DNA of 61,709 nucleotides from Elusimicrobiota bacterium (GTDB taxonomy: Bacteria > Elusimicrobiota > Elusimicrobia > JACQJP01), in NCBI GenBank assembly GCA_016204975.1, contig JACQJP010000032.1:1-61709 (forward strand), given 5' to 3'. The notes under the pieces are model-generated. The model did no database searches. It worked only from the letters and a program-made list of their open reading frames with translations, and had not been told where the DNA came from. Both the position numbers and the translations under genes were made by a program. Every line of letters begins with the position of its first letter. Position 1 is the stretch's first letter. Of this stretch, positions 17,998 through 27,228 are shown one piece after another.

Positions 17998-18558
17998 ATG
18001 TCATTGATTCGTTTGGGCGCAGTTGCCGGAACGGCTTTTTTACTGGCTACCTCTTGGGCTGCGCAGGGCGCCAGCACGCTGGACCCCTCTGGGGTCCCGG
18101 CGGGTACCCGGAGCTCTGCGCAGGGTGCGCGCCAAGAGGCGCTCAAGCTTCTGGAACCCTATCGGGAAAACCGGGTGATCTCCAACCTGCTGGATTGGTC
18201 CGCCCGGAAAGAGGAAAACCGACCAGCGGCGCCGCAGGAACGGGAGCTTTTGGAGGCGGTCCAAATTTTGGAGAGGCTGTCTATTGAGAACCCAACCAAC
18301 GATTGGTTCTCCGGCCTGTTGACGGTGCTCTACCAACGGCAGGGGAGGGCGGCGGATGCGGAGAAGGCCTTCGAGCGTCTGCGCACCCTGCGCCCCCGGG
18401 ACCCTCACATCTACCAGATGCTGGCGTTGGTTTACGAAAAGCAAGGCAAGAAGGAGGATGCCCTCCAGGCCTGGCGGAAGCTGCTCGAGCTCGAAGCTCC
18501 GGAGCCTTTGAGACGGCTGGCCCAGAAGCATATTGCCCATTTGCAAAATGTTCCCTAA
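17998..18558 (+). CDS. Secreted TPR-repeat protein
   Basis: Signal peptide MSLIRLGAVAGTAFLLATSWAAQGA and C-terminal TPR-like helices. A GGAGGG SD lies 7 nt upstream. A Family-2 repeat sits just after the signal peptide. Confidence 0.7.
   Translation: MSLIRLGAVAGTAFLLATSWAAQGASTLDPSGVPAGTRSSAQGARQEALKLLEPYRENRVISNLLDWSARKEENRPAAPQERELLEAVQILERLSIENPTNDWFSGLLTVLYQRQGRAADAEKAFERLRTLRPRDPHIYQMLALVYEKQGKKEDALQAWRKLLELEAPEPLRRLAQKHIAHLQNVP
18059..18133 (+). repeat. Family-2 mini-element, copy c (inside TPR CDS just after the signal peptide)
   Basis: ctgcgcaggg at 18059 and 18116 (57 nt apart). Stem GGACCCC tct GGGGTCC. Confidence 0.88.
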
Positions 18559-19183
18559 ATCTCCTATCCCCTGTCTCCTATCTCTCGTTTTAATTGGGTG
18601 TGCGGGTCCTCAGGTGGCGGTCAACCGCCATTATGATTTCAGCCGGGTTCGGCGGGTCGCGGTGGTCTCTTTTTCCGGTCCCGGGGGGGACGCCGCGGCG
18701 GATTTTTTGGCTCAGAATCTGTTGGCGGCCGGGGTGGAGGTGGTGGAGAGACGTCAACTGGAGCAGATTCTGAAGGAACACCGGCTGGCAGGCTCTGGGG
18801 CCCTGAATCCCGCGACGCTGCAGGAGGTGGGAAGGATTCTTGGGGTGGATGCCCTATTTACAGGGACAGTCACCACCTATCAGCCTCCTCAAGGCTACCT
18901 GATTTTTCCAGGCAGCGGGCTGGGAGCCGTGGCAGCGACGCCGGTGGGGACGGGTTCCGTCTACAGCCGGGGCACCTTGTTTGCCGCTTCGCAGAGCGAG
19001 GTGATCGCCTCCGCTGCGGTGGTGGGGCTTTCGGCTAGAATGGTCAGCGTGGAAAACACCGCACTTTTGTGGGCTGCCCATCAGGTGTATGAAGGGTTTG
19101 ATGTCCCCAGCGCCATGCAGTCCATCGCCTCCTCCTTTGTGCGTTCCCTCCTTCCTATTTGGCCTACCCTTTCGAAGCAATGA
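18548..19183 (+). CDS. CsgG/HfaB-family lipoprotein
   Basis: Lipobox LVLIGC. Family signature VAVVSF..LAQNLLAAGVEVVERRQLEQILKEHRLAGSG..VGRILGVDALFTGTV. Confidence 0.7.
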   Translation: MFPKSPIPCLLSLVLIGCAGPQVAVNRHYDFSRVRRVAVVSFSGPGGDAAADFLAQNLLAAGVEVVERRQLEQILKEHRLAGSGALNPATLQEVGRILGVDALFTGTVTTYQPPQGYLIFPGSGLGAVAATPVGTGSVYSRGTLFAASQSEVIASAAVVGLSARMVSVENTALLWAAHQVYEGFDVPSAMQSIASSFVRSLLPIWPTLSKQ

Positions 19184-20826
19184 TTCTCTGGCCTTTGCTG
19201 GTTTCGGGGGTCCTGGCGGCCCCCGTGCGGCAAACGGGCTCCACTCTCTGGGATGAGATCATGGCCCGGCAGGCCACCTGGCATGCCCAGGAAGGGGTCC
19301 TTCGGATGCGTGGGGGAGATTACCCCGCTGCGGTGCGTTTTCTATCCAAGGCGGTGGTCTCTAACCCTCAGGATCCGGATTTGAGGGTTCTTTTTGGGGT
19401 GGCCCAGTACTGGGCGGGGGAGGTAGATCAGGCCATGGCCTCTTATCGGGAGGCCATCCGGATGGATTTTCACAACGACAATGCCTATTCGCTTTTAGGG
19501 ATTGCCCATGCCTGGAAGGGGGAGCTTGGGAAGGCGCTGGAAATGTTTCTGAAGGCGGTGGAGTTGGCCCCCCAGCGCGCCGATATCCAGATGGATTTAG
19601 GGTCGGTATACGAGGCGTTAGGTTGGAAGAGCCGGGCCCTGGACTATTTTCGCCGGGCCGTGCAGTTGTCGCCGCAGGAGCCCTTGTACCATTACCAACT
19701 GGGGGTGCTTTACGTTCGGCTGGGTCGGGAGGGGGAGGCCATCGAATCCCTGGAAAAGGCGGCGCAGATTTTCCCGAGTTTTCAGGACGCCATCTTGGAG
19801 TTGGCCGCCGTCCGGCAAAGGAGGGGGGAACTCGCTCAGGCCCTTGCGCTCTTCCAAAAGGCGGTTCGCCTCAAGCCTCTGGATGCCGTGGCACGTTTGC
19901 GTTTGGGGTTGGCTTATCTGGAGAATGAAGAGCCACACAAGGCCCGGGCAGTTTTTCGGCCCGCCTTCCGCTTGACCCCTTTGGGGGAGGGGGGGCGGCT
20001 TGCCCTTTCGGTGGCCTATGCCGGCCAGACCCCTTCGAAAGGAAGGGGAGAGAGTCGCTCCAGCGAGGAGATGCCGGAGAAATCAGGCCCTCTGGGTCCG
20101 CTGCGGAAAAATTTGGAACAGATCCCGCCCGATCGCGAGGCCATGGTGACGGTGGAGGTGGCCTACCATCCTAAGGAACAGGCGCCTGCCTCCGCTTCCG
20201 GCGGGGAGCTGAAGAGGGCTTTGGAGAAAAGGCTGGCCTCGGCGCCGGTGATGGGGTTACGGCGTCAGGTCCATCTTCCGGCTGACCAGCCTGAGTTTCG
20301 GGCCAGGCAGGTTCGGGCGCTGCTCTCGGAGCTGGAGGCTCTTTTTGAAAAGGCACAGGAAGGCTCCGACCTCCGGTTGGGTCTGGAGGTTTCCTATCCG
20401 GAGGCGTCTCGCGCCGGCGCTCCGGCGCCTGGAGAAAAAAGCCAGAAGAAGGTTGGCTTTGAGCCACGGCGCGTCGGCAATGACCTGGGGCTGTGGGTGT
20501 TGGGCACCGGTTGGTCCGCCTTGGTGGAGGAGGCCATGGATCGGATCGGACATCTCCCGGGCCAGGGGCCGGAGAGGTGGACGGCCCTGGGGCTGGCCCA
20601 CATCGCGTTGGGGGAAACCTCTGAGGCCCTGGAGATTTTTGGGCGCGCGCTTCAGGAAAGCCCTCTTTCGGTGGACGCCCACTTAGGGATGGCGGTGGCC
20701 TGGGTGGAGTCCGGAGAGGAGCGGCGGGCGGTGCGACTGTACCAGAAGGTTCTGCAGGAGGATCCCAAAAATGAGATTGCCCAAGAGGCTCTTAAGTGGC
20801 TTGCACCGGATTTTCCAGCGGAGTGA
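19180..20826 (+). CDS. Secreted multi-TPR protein
   Basis: ATGA overlap with the upstream stop (track ORF starts at 19159). Signal peptide. At least 8 TPR units at the N- and C-termini around a low-complexity linker. Confidence 0.75.
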   Translation: MILWPLLVSGVLAAPVRQTGSTLWDEIMARQATWHAQEGVLRMRGGDYPAAVRFLSKAVVSNPQDPDLRVLFGVAQYWAGEVDQAMASYREAIRMDFHNDNAYSLLGIAHAWKGELGKALEMFLKAVELAPQRADIQMDLGSVYEALGWKSRALDYFRRAVQLSPQEPLYHYQLGVLYVRLGREGEAIESLEKAAQIFPSFQDAILELAAVRQRRGELAQALALFQKAVRLKPLDAVARLRLGLAYLENEEPHKARAVFRPAFRLTPLGEGGRLALSVAYAGQTPSKGRGESRSSEEMPEKSGPLGPLRKNLEQIPPDREAMVTVEVAYHPKEQAPASASGGELKRALEKRLASAPVMGLRRQVHLPADQPEFRARQVRALLSELEALFEKAQEGSDLRLGLEVSYPEASRAGAPAPGEKSQKKVGFEPRRVGNDLGLWVLGTGWSALVEEAMDRIGHLPGQGPERWTALGLAHIALGETSEALEIFGRALQESPLSVDAHLGMAVAWVESGEERRAVRLYQKVLQEDPKNEIAQEALKWLAPDFPAE

Positions 20827-21628
20827 GGCGCAGGAAGGCCTCTTGGGCTTTGGACTGTACCCGGGGATCCGGATCGTTGCGAAGGCCTTTTATTTTTTCT
20901 TTGGCCGGGGGATAGCTCATCAGGCCCAGGGCGGCGCAGGTATGGGCTCGCACCCGGGGGTGGGAATCCTGGAGAAGCGGGTAGAGATGAGGCGCATCCT
21001 CCCTTTTGGCGATGCGTCCCAAAAGATAGACGGCCCGAATGCGCAGTTCCGCATCCGGGTCTCGGAGGCTTCGCAGCAGCGTAGGCTGCGCCCGCTCCCC
21101 AAGAAAATAGACGATCTCCAGCACCTGGGGATCGGGGTGGCGCAAGAGCTCAGGGAGAATCTGCAACAAAGGCGTCACCGACTCCTCTTGGTCAATTTTG
21201 GCCAGGGCGAGGGCCGCCTGTGTCCGAACGGAAAAATCCCGGTCCTGGAGGAGGGGCACAAGCGCGGAGATCGCCTCCTCGACTTTCAGAGAGCCTAGAT
21301 GAAACGCCGCCTGGGCCCTTTGGGGGGAGGAGAGTTTTTTGAGCAGCTCATCTTGAAAGCCCCAGTGGAGAAATATCCGCCGGAGTCTCTCCAGCATTTC
21401 TCCCTCCAGATGGGGGGCCAGGGCCAGCAGGCTCTGCCGGACTTGGGCCTGCGCCCGCGGGTCCCTGATCCAGGGGGGCGCCACCTCGAACGCCTCAGAG
21501 GCGAGCTGCGCAAAGAGCCAGGTGCGGCAGTTTTGGGGGGAGCGGCGGAGGATTTTTTGCAGGGTCCAAAAAAACAACAGAAAGGCGAGGCTGCTCAGCA
21601 GCAGGGGTATCCAAACCTCAGGCGCCAT
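20792..21628 (-). CDS. HEAT-repeat (PBS-lyase-like) membrane-anchored protein
   Basis: N-terminal TM helix. Repeated ..D.D..VR..A..ALG.. units (DRDFSVRTQAALALA, DPDAELRIRAVYLLG, DSHPRVRAHTCAALG, DPDPRVQSKA). Confidence 0.7.
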   Translation of the reverse strand: MAPEVWIPLLLSSLAFLLFFWTLQKILRRSPQNCRTWLFAQLASEAFEVAPPWIRDPRAQAQVRQSLLALAPHLEGEMLERLRRIFLHWGFQDELLKKLSSPQRAQAAFHLGSLKVEEAISALVPLLQDRDFSVRTQAALALAKIDQEESVTPLLQILPELLRHPDPQVLEIVYFLGERAQPTLLRSLRDPDAELRIRAVYLLGRIAKREDAPHLYPLLQDSHPRVRAHTCAALGLMSYPPAKEKIKGLRNDPDPRVQSKAQEAFLRLTPLENPVQAT

Positions 21629-22355
21629 GGGTTTTCGTAGAGGTTTTTCTATCTTACTTCATTTCTTCCTCCTCTGCCAGGGCGCTCTTTTTCGTGCGGG
21701 GGATGGGGAGGCTCAGGGGTTTGATCTGAAAAACTCCGAAGTCCATCTGCAGCTTTTTTATTTTTCCTCCCACCCACGCGAGCCCGGATGGATTCAAAAG
21801 CAGATGGAGGATTCCGAGATCGAGGAAGCATTCCGAACCGCCGTCTCCGGCACGATTTTGGAGGAGCTGATGAAACAGAAAAACCGGCAGGAGTTGGAAA
21901 GGCGTTGGATTTGGACCCAGCGTTCCGGCATCGAGATGCATGAGGATCAGAAGCTGATTTTGGACGCCTACAACCTGGGTGGTCAGCCCAGGGAGCTGTT
22001 GCTGCAGCCGCAAGCTCTGGGCCGCCCGGAGGCGGAGATCCGTCTGAGGGTTCCGGAGGCCTCTATCGAGTGGAAATGGGGTTGGCTGGGTCTCCACCGC
22101 TTTGTTCGCGGCATTCGTCCCGCCCGCTACCGCTTGAGCTTGAAGGCTTTGAAAGATTTCCAGCAAGAGCCCGGCCCTTCCACCTATGTCATCCGTCCGG
22201 GAGGTTTTTTTGGAACGCCGGAGACGATCCGCGTCTGGCCGATGCCCTTAAGCTCGCAGGGCTTCCAGGATCTGGAGGAGTATCGCCGGTGGCTTTACCA
22301 GCGCTCCTCCACCGTCACCCCTAAGACTTTAGACACGCCACAGCCTGTGCCTTGA
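21627..22355 (+). CDS. Hypothetical secreted protein
   Basis: Signal-peptide-like N-terminus MGFRRGFSILLHFFLLCQGALF. No family recognised. Divergent from the HEAT gene. Confidence 0.5.
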   Translation: MGFRRGFSILLHFFLLCQGALFRAGDGEAQGFDLKNSEVHLQLFYFSSHPREPGWIQKQMEDSEIEEAFRTAVSGTILEELMKQKNRQELERRWIWTQRSGIEMHEDQKLILDAYNLGGQPRELLLQPQALGRPEAEIRLRVPEASIEWKWGWLGLHRFVRGIRPARYRLSLKALKDFQQEPGPSTYVIRPGGFFGTPETIRVWPMPLSSQGFQDLEEYRRWLYQRSSTVTPKTLDTPQPVP

Positions 22356-23688
22356 TCTGCCGGGCTGCCTTCTCCCAACGGTAGTCTTGGCTGGCCTCAA
22401 AGGCGTGGTCTCCCATCTGCTTCCTCTGAGTCTGTGTCAGCTGCAGCATCCTTTGCAGGCCCTCTGTGAGGACCTGGGGCGCTCCTCTGCGGCTGGGATA
22501 GGTGACCAGGATCGCGTAGCCGGGCTTGAGGAGCGCTTGCGCGCCGTAATGCGCGCAGCTCAGGATGGGACATCTGGCCTGCATGGCCTCCAGAATGGTC
22601 AGCCCGAAGCTTTCGTGCCAGGAAGGGGAGATGAAGAAGTCCGAGAGCTGGAGAAAGGCCGTTTTCTGGACCTCCGTGAGGTGCCCGGGGAAATCCACTC
22701 GGATCTTTTTGAGCTTTCCCGCCAACTTTCTGAGCCGGTGAGAGTAGGCCGCCCCTCTCATGAAGGCCGGTTCGCCGCAGAGAAAGACTCGCAGGGGGGT
22801 GTCCGTCCTTCTTTCCAGATTTCCCAGGGATTCCAGCAGGATGTCCAAACCCTTCTCCGGAGAAAGTCGCCCGATGCAGGTGGCGACCATTTCCCCGTCT
22901 TCTACTGAGTAATCCTTGCGGATTTTCTGAGTTTCCTGCGCAACTGTCTCGGCATCGGCGAGGTTTCGGGCGGCAATCCCCCAGGGCACGATTTCGATTT
23001 TAGCGCGCAGCTCCTTTTCTTTTAGAAGATGGCGGTAGTTTTCAACCAACACCTCTTTCATGGCCGCAGAGGGAACCAGGAGCTTTTGGCAGTACCGCAC
23101 GGCGTGCTGCTCTTTCTCAAAGACCAGCCTCAGAACCTCCGGAACCAGAGATCTTAGCCGAAGCCGCTCTAGGCGATGGAAGAGGCGGGTGTAGAGGGAA
23201 TTTGGGAGAAGGCCTTTGAGGTAGATCTTTCCGAAGTAGTCCACTACGTCCACGTGGAGGATGGTCAGGCAGGGCACTCCCCAGCGCGCCAGCTTTTTAA
23301 AGTCCGGCCCCTCCGAGATGTCGTTGGAGACGAGGACCAGGGAGGAGGTGCGGATATGGGGGAGTATTTTTTCTTCGATGGCTTTTTCAAAGGCGCGGCA
23401 AAACCGGGCGTATTGCATCTCGTTGAGCCGGACCAGAGGCCGGGCCCCTAAGGCGTGTTGAGCCGGCACTCCCCGACCGTAGTCGGGTCCCGCAGGCTGA
23501 AGGTCCGTGGGGATAGGCAGGGTCTGGTAGAAGGGTTCCCTCCAGGAGTTGCCGGGGCCTAGGACGCTGAGTTCGAGGTCCGGATCGTTTTGCCATCTCA
23601 GGCTCAACTCCCTGGCCACCCGGGCTCCTCCTCCCAATGGAAGGTCTTCCGGAAATCCGGAGTGGGCGGCGGTGTAGATTAGATGCAC
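22321..23688 (-). CDS. Glycosyltransferase family 1 (GT-B, GT4-like)
   Basis: C-terminal GT1 core (..RLSPEKGLD..FISPSWHESFGLTILEAM..). GTG start abuts the stop of the upstream GYF gene. Carries one antisense Family-1 repeat (..PAGPDYGRGVPAQHALGARP..). Confidence 0.85.
   Translation of the reverse strand: MHLIYTAAHSGFPEDLPLGGGARVARELSLRWQNDPDLELSVLGPGNSWREPFYQTLPIPTDLQPAGPDYGRGVPAQHALGARPLVRLNEMQYARFCRAFEKAIEEKILPHIRTSSLVLVSNDISEGPDFKKLARWGVPCLTILHVDVVDYFGKIYLKGLLPNSLYTRLFHRLERLRLRSLVPEVLRLVFEKEQHAVRYCQKLLVPSAAMKEVLVENYRHLLKEKELRAKIEIVPWGIAARNLADAETVAQETQKIRKDYSVEDGEMVATCIGRLSPEKGLDILLESLGNLERRTDTPLRVFLCGEPAFMRGAAYSHRLRKLAGKLKKIRVDFPGHLTEVQKTAFLQLSDFFISPSWHESFGLTILEAMQARCPILSCAHYGAQALLKPGYAILVTYPSRRGAPQVLTEGLQRMLQLTQTQRKQMGDHAFEASQDYRWEKAARQIKAQAVACLKS
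23437..23497 (+). repeat. Family-1 57-nt mini-element, copy A (antisense inside glycosyltransferase CDS)
   Basis: aggccgggcccctaaggcgtgttgagccggcactccccgaccgtagtcgggtcccgcaggc. Flanking AGGC repeats are 57 nt apart. Confidence 0.9.
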
Positions 23689-25800
23689 CTATGGTTCCGT
23701 GGGGTCCGGGGGGTAGGTCAGATCCGCTTCTTGGGATGGCCGCTCTTCGGGGACCTCTTCAGGAGGAGGGGGTTGGGAGGTAGGGGGTTCGGCAATCTCC
23801 GGAATATTTTTCGGGATTCCAGGCAGGATAAATTCCGCCTCCTTCGCCGGTGCCGGAGGGGGCGCCTGCGGAGTTTTTTTCCGAGCGACCCTTTGGGCTC
23901 TTTCCTTTTTCGGGGCAGCGGGGTAGGCGCCGGCCAACAGCTCGTTGGCCTTTTTATTGAGGCCTTTCACCGATTTTTTATTCATGTCCACCTCAAAGAG
24001 ATAGATGAACTCCTGGGCGGAGCGTTGGTTTTTAGAAACCCCAAGCCGGTACTGCACCGCAAAGGTTTGGGCCTCAATGAGCACCACGGACCAGTCCGAT
24101 TGGAAATCTTTGGAGTTTTCTGGGACATGCAGGGATTGAATCAGGGCGACCAGGCGTCTTTTGTCGTTGGGGAGTTGGTAGTTTTGCAGGAAGGAAATGA
24201 CCGCGTCGCGGCTGGGAGGTTCTGTGCCTTCCGCCGGCTCCATCTCCGGGATGGGCAGGGTGGATCGTGAGGCCTGGATCTGCAAGGTTCCGGACGTGCC
24301 GGCACCCTCCGCAGGGCTTTGGGTGCCCTCTGGCCCCGGTGCGACACCGGGGGGCGCGCCGGATTCTCCGATCGCCTTGGCGATGGAAAGGGAGTCGGGT
24401 TCGGGTTTGGGCAACTCTTTCTGGATGCGGGCCAAGTTCCGGCTGTCCTGGTACAGGGTGATGACCGCCAGGGCGGTCAACACCAGCAGGACCCCGCCAA
24501 ATCCTACGATCAGAACCTTGGAGGTTTTGCGGGAGGGTTTCTTTTGAGGTTCCAGGGCTTCAAAGGGCTCCTCGGGAAGCTCCGCAGGACCCTTTTCTTG
24601 AGACCTCTCTGCCGTCATCTCCTCCCGGGTTTCTGGAGGGGGTTCGCCGGCTTCTGGTTCCGGATAGAGCTGGGGTTCGACCATAGTGTCTTCTGGCGGA
24701 GCAGCCCCGCCTATGGCGGGCCGCCGTACCCGGAGCTCGTCAGGCCCCACTGGGGCTTCAAACGTTCCTGAGCGCTGTGAAGGGGCTGCGGAAGGTGCTG
24801 GCGGTTGGGAGCGAAGGTCCTCCGGGGTTCCCATGGGCGGTGTGGGTTCTGCGGAGGCGGGAGTCGCAGCTTCCGAAGGTGAGGCGCCGAAGAAAGCGTT
24901 GGGATCCTCCAGGGGGGAACCCATAAAGAGGCTCTCCGTACTTGCGGGAGCTGGTTGGGGAAAAGCGCTGGAAGTTTCCTGGAGAGGCGCGGAAGGTTTC
25001 AGTTTTTTTAATTCTTCGCCGGCCTGGACGACGGCCTCTTGGGCCTCCTGCAGATCCCTGTTTTTTTGATCAATCTCCCCGATTTTTTTATGCAGGTCCT
25101 CTCGGGTCGAATCCAGCTTGTTTTGCAGTTCCTGGAGCCTGTTTTGCAGAAATCCCTTTTCCTCTTGGAGGACCTTGAGCAGGCCTTCCGTCTGCCCCAG
25201 TTTATATTTTGAGACCTCATCTTCCTTGGCGGTTTCTTTCAGGCGCATCTCCAGCTCGCGGATGCGGTCTTTGCTTCTATTCAGGACGGAGGCCACCTCC
25301 ACCTCTTGTTTTTGGAGTTTTTGCTGGCTTTGCTGGAGTTGGGACTCCAACTGGCCGATGCGCGTCCAGGACTGCTCCAGTGTCTGTTCCTTTTTGAGCA
25401 GATCGGTTTTGAGGGAGTCTAAATGTTGGAGGGCCGATTGAGCTTTCTGAAGTTCTTCATTGACTTTTTCCAGGTGGAGGCGCAGGGTGCTGTTTTCCTT
25501 CTCCAGGGTCTCCAAATCTTTGATCTCCCTGGAACCCGTCGGGGTTGGAAAATCCGCTAGAGCCGGCAGGTGGCTCAAGGAGACGGAGGCCGGGTTGAGC
25601 CGTTGGCTCTTAAAGACAGACTCCAGCTCCGGCAGGGTTTCTGCCCGCACCCAGTCCCCCTCGCTTTCCCCGGTGGCTCCCTCGGGACACAGGAGCAGGT
25701 CCTGGTGGAAGCCCGCCACCTTGGCGAGCTCTTCTGGAGGGTGCGGTCCTACGACCTGCCCTTGGAGGTAGGCCCAGTATTTCATCGAAACGCGCTCCAA
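23689..25800 (-). CDS. GYF_2-domain / long coiled-coil / Pro-rich / single-TM protein
   Basis: N-terminus YWAYLQGQVVGPHPPEELAKV..WVRAETLPEL (GYF-like). About 200 aa of heptad-rich coiled coil. Pro/Ala-rich linker, one TM helix (VLIVGFGGVLLVLTALAVITL) and a C-terminal globular domain. Contains two Family-2 repeats. Confidence 0.7.
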   Translation of the reverse strand: MERVSMKYWAYLQGQVVGPHPPEELAKVAGFHQDLLLCPEGATGESEGDWVRAETLPELESVFKSQRLNPASVSLSHLPALADFPTPTGSREIKDLETLEKENSTLRLHLEKVNEELQKAQSALQHLDSLKTDLLKKEQTLEQSWTRIGQLESQLQQSQQKLQKQEVEVASVLNRSKDRIRELEMRLKETAKEDEVSKYKLGQTEGLLKVLQEEKGFLQNRLQELQNKLDSTREDLHKKIGEIDQKNRDLQEAQEAVVQAGEELKKLKPSAPLQETSSAFPQPAPASTESLFMGSPLEDPNAFFGASPSEAATPASAEPTPPMGTPEDLRSQPPAPSAAPSQRSGTFEAPVGPDELRVRRPAIGGAAPPEDTMVEPQLYPEPEAGEPPPETREEMTAERSQEKGPAELPEEPFEALEPQKKPSRKTSKVLIVGFGGVLLVLTALAVITLYQDSRNLARIQKELPKPEPDSLSIAKAIGESGAPPGVAPGPEGTQSPAEGAGTSGTLQIQASRSTLPIPEMEPAEGTEPPSRDAVISFLQNYQLPNDKRRLVALIQSLHVPENSKDFQSDWSVVLIEAQTFAVQYRLGVSKNQRSAQEFIYLFEVDMNKKSVKGLNKKANELLAGAYPAAPKKERAQRVARKKTPQAPPPAPAKEAEFILPGIPKNIPEIAEPPTSQPPPPEEVPEERPSQEADLTYPPDPTEP
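24296..24362 (-). repeat. Family-2 mini-element, copy d (inside GYF coiled-coil CDS)
   Basis: gtgccggcaccctccgcagggctttgggtgccctctggcccc... The flanking repeat spacing here appears to be 60 rather than 57 nt. Confidence 0.7.
24693..24745 (+). repeat. Family-2 mini-element, copy e (partial, inside GYF coiled-coil CDS)
   Basis: ctggcggagcagcCCCGCCtatGGCGGGccgccgtacccggagc is nearly identical to copy b over about 45 nt. The 3' part has diverged. Confidence 0.7.
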
Positions 25801-25890
25801 ATCCCCTGTCGGCGGGCAGGTGGATGGCTTTAGCCAGCCAACCGTAAGATAACAGGAAAGCCCATCTGTTGCAATGGTTTTTTGAAGGTC

Positions 25891-26451
25891 CTAAAACTCC
25901 ACCTTGGGGGGCTGGGAGGCCGCCTCCTCCATCTGGAAGTAGGCGTCGCTTTTCTCAAAACCGAACAGTCGCGCGGCCAGGTTGGAGGGGAAACGGCGCA
26001 CCAGGATGTTGTATCTGCGCACGGTATCGTTGTAGCGTCTACGTTCTACCGCGATGCGGTTTTCTGTTCCCGACAGCTCATCCTGGAGTTTTAGGAAGTT
26101 TTGGTTGGCCTTCAGGTTAGGATATCGTTCCACCACCAGCAGCAGCCTGGAAAGCGCCGCCTCCAAGGATTGGGCCGCTTGGAGCTTGGCTTGAGGGGAT
26201 CGGGCGGCTCCCCACTGGCTTCTGAGGCGGGTCACCTCGGTCAAAAGCTCCATTTCATGCTTCATATAGCCCTTGACGGTGCGCACGAGGTTGGGGATGA
26301 GGTCATAGCGCCTCTGTAGGACGTTTTCCACTTGGGCCCATTGGCCATCGATGCCTTCGCTCAAAGAAACCAGCCGGTTGTAGGAAGATCCGAAGATCAG
26401 ACTGACCAGGACGACCAGCCCTAAGACGATCCAGAGTCCCTTGTTTTTCAT
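25891..26451 (-). CDS. lemA: LemA family protein
   Basis: N-terminal TM helix plus SYNRLVSL..VENVLQRRYDLIPNLV..L.GTENRIAVERRRYN signature. Confidence 0.9.
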   Translation of the reverse strand: MKNKGLWIVLGLVVLVSLIFGSSYNRLVSLSEGIDGQWAQVENVLQRRYDLIPNLVRTVKGYMKHEMELLTEVTRLRSQWGAARSPQAKLQAAQSLEAALSRLLLVVERYPNLKANQNFLKLQDELSGTENRIAVERRRYNDTVRRYNILVRRFPSNLAARLFGFEKSDAYFQMEEAASQPPKVEF

Positions 26452-26462
26452 CGCATTCTCCT

Positions 26463-27209
26463 TTAATAACTTTTTACCTTCTCACTTGGTGAGGTCGGGT
26501 CCTTGATCCAGGCGTCCACGGCGTCCGCCGCTTTTTCCACGGTTTGAAAGTATCTGGCTATCCAGGGGTCCACCTCCTCCTTGAGAGCCCAGGGGTCCTT
26601 CCGCTTCAGACGCTCGATATAGGCAAAGACCTCTACATCCACCGAAAGATGCTGGGAGAGGATCTGGGGCACCTGGCTTTTCGGAGGCAGGGGGGATAGG
26701 TTCAGGAGCCTGAGGAAGCTCCGGAAAAGCACCAGGAAGGTGGAGCTGGAGCGGATCATCAGATTTCGGACCTCTTTGGGTTGGTCCGCAATCACCAGAT
26801 AGGATTGCCGAAGCTTGATTAGGTTGGTTTTTAGTTCCCTTTCCAATTCCAACCGAAGGTTATCCGCATGGATCTCGAGCTCCGTAAAGGGGTCGTCCCC
26901 ATAGAGGACGCGATGGTTTTCACGGATGTCCAGCAACTCAATCGGAAAGACATCCTCGGAGCGTTCCAGTCTCTCCCACGTGAGCAGGAGCGGTGAGGGG
27001 TTTCCGGCCTTTGTCCAGGCGCGGAGGGTTTGGGCGCTTTTTTTGAAGGTCGCCAGGTCAAAGCGGTTCAGGAGAATCAGGGTATTGAAGTCTGAATAAT
27101 CCTTGCTGTATCCCCCGGCGACGGCCGAGCCGTACAGGATCATTGATTTGAGATTGTCCCCGTAAAGGGTTCTGAGCTCTTCGGTCAGTTTTTCCGGCGT
27201 TTGTCTCAT
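26463..27209 (-). CDS. Nucleotidyltransferase-domain protein (Pol-beta fold) with helical C-terminal domain
   Basis: ILYGSAVAGG..SDFNTLILL (G-S and D-x-D-like NTase motifs). Start moved to ATG 27209 so it does not overlap the TPM gene. Confidence 0.65.
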   Translation of the reverse strand: MRQTPEKLTEELRTLYGDNLKSMILYGSAVAGGYSKDYSDFNTLILLNRFDLATFKKSAQTLRAWTKAGNPSPLLLTWERLERSEDVFPIELLDIRENHRVLYGDDPFTELEIHADNLRLELERELKTNLIKLRQSYLVIADQPKEVRNLMIRSSSTFLVLFRSFLRLLNLSPLPPKSQVPQILSQHLSVDVEVFAYIERLKRKDPWALKEEVDPWIARYFQTVEKAADAVDAWIKDPTSPSEKVKSY

Positions 27210-27228
27210 GGTATGACCTCCGTGGATA

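Noticed and set aside
25861-25900. Possible fourth Family-3 copy (gaaggtcctaaaactcc) at the LemA 3' end
   Set aside because: Only about 15 nt resemble the AAGGTCCTAGGAACTCC core, and it overlaps the LemA stop codon. Too short to separate from chance.
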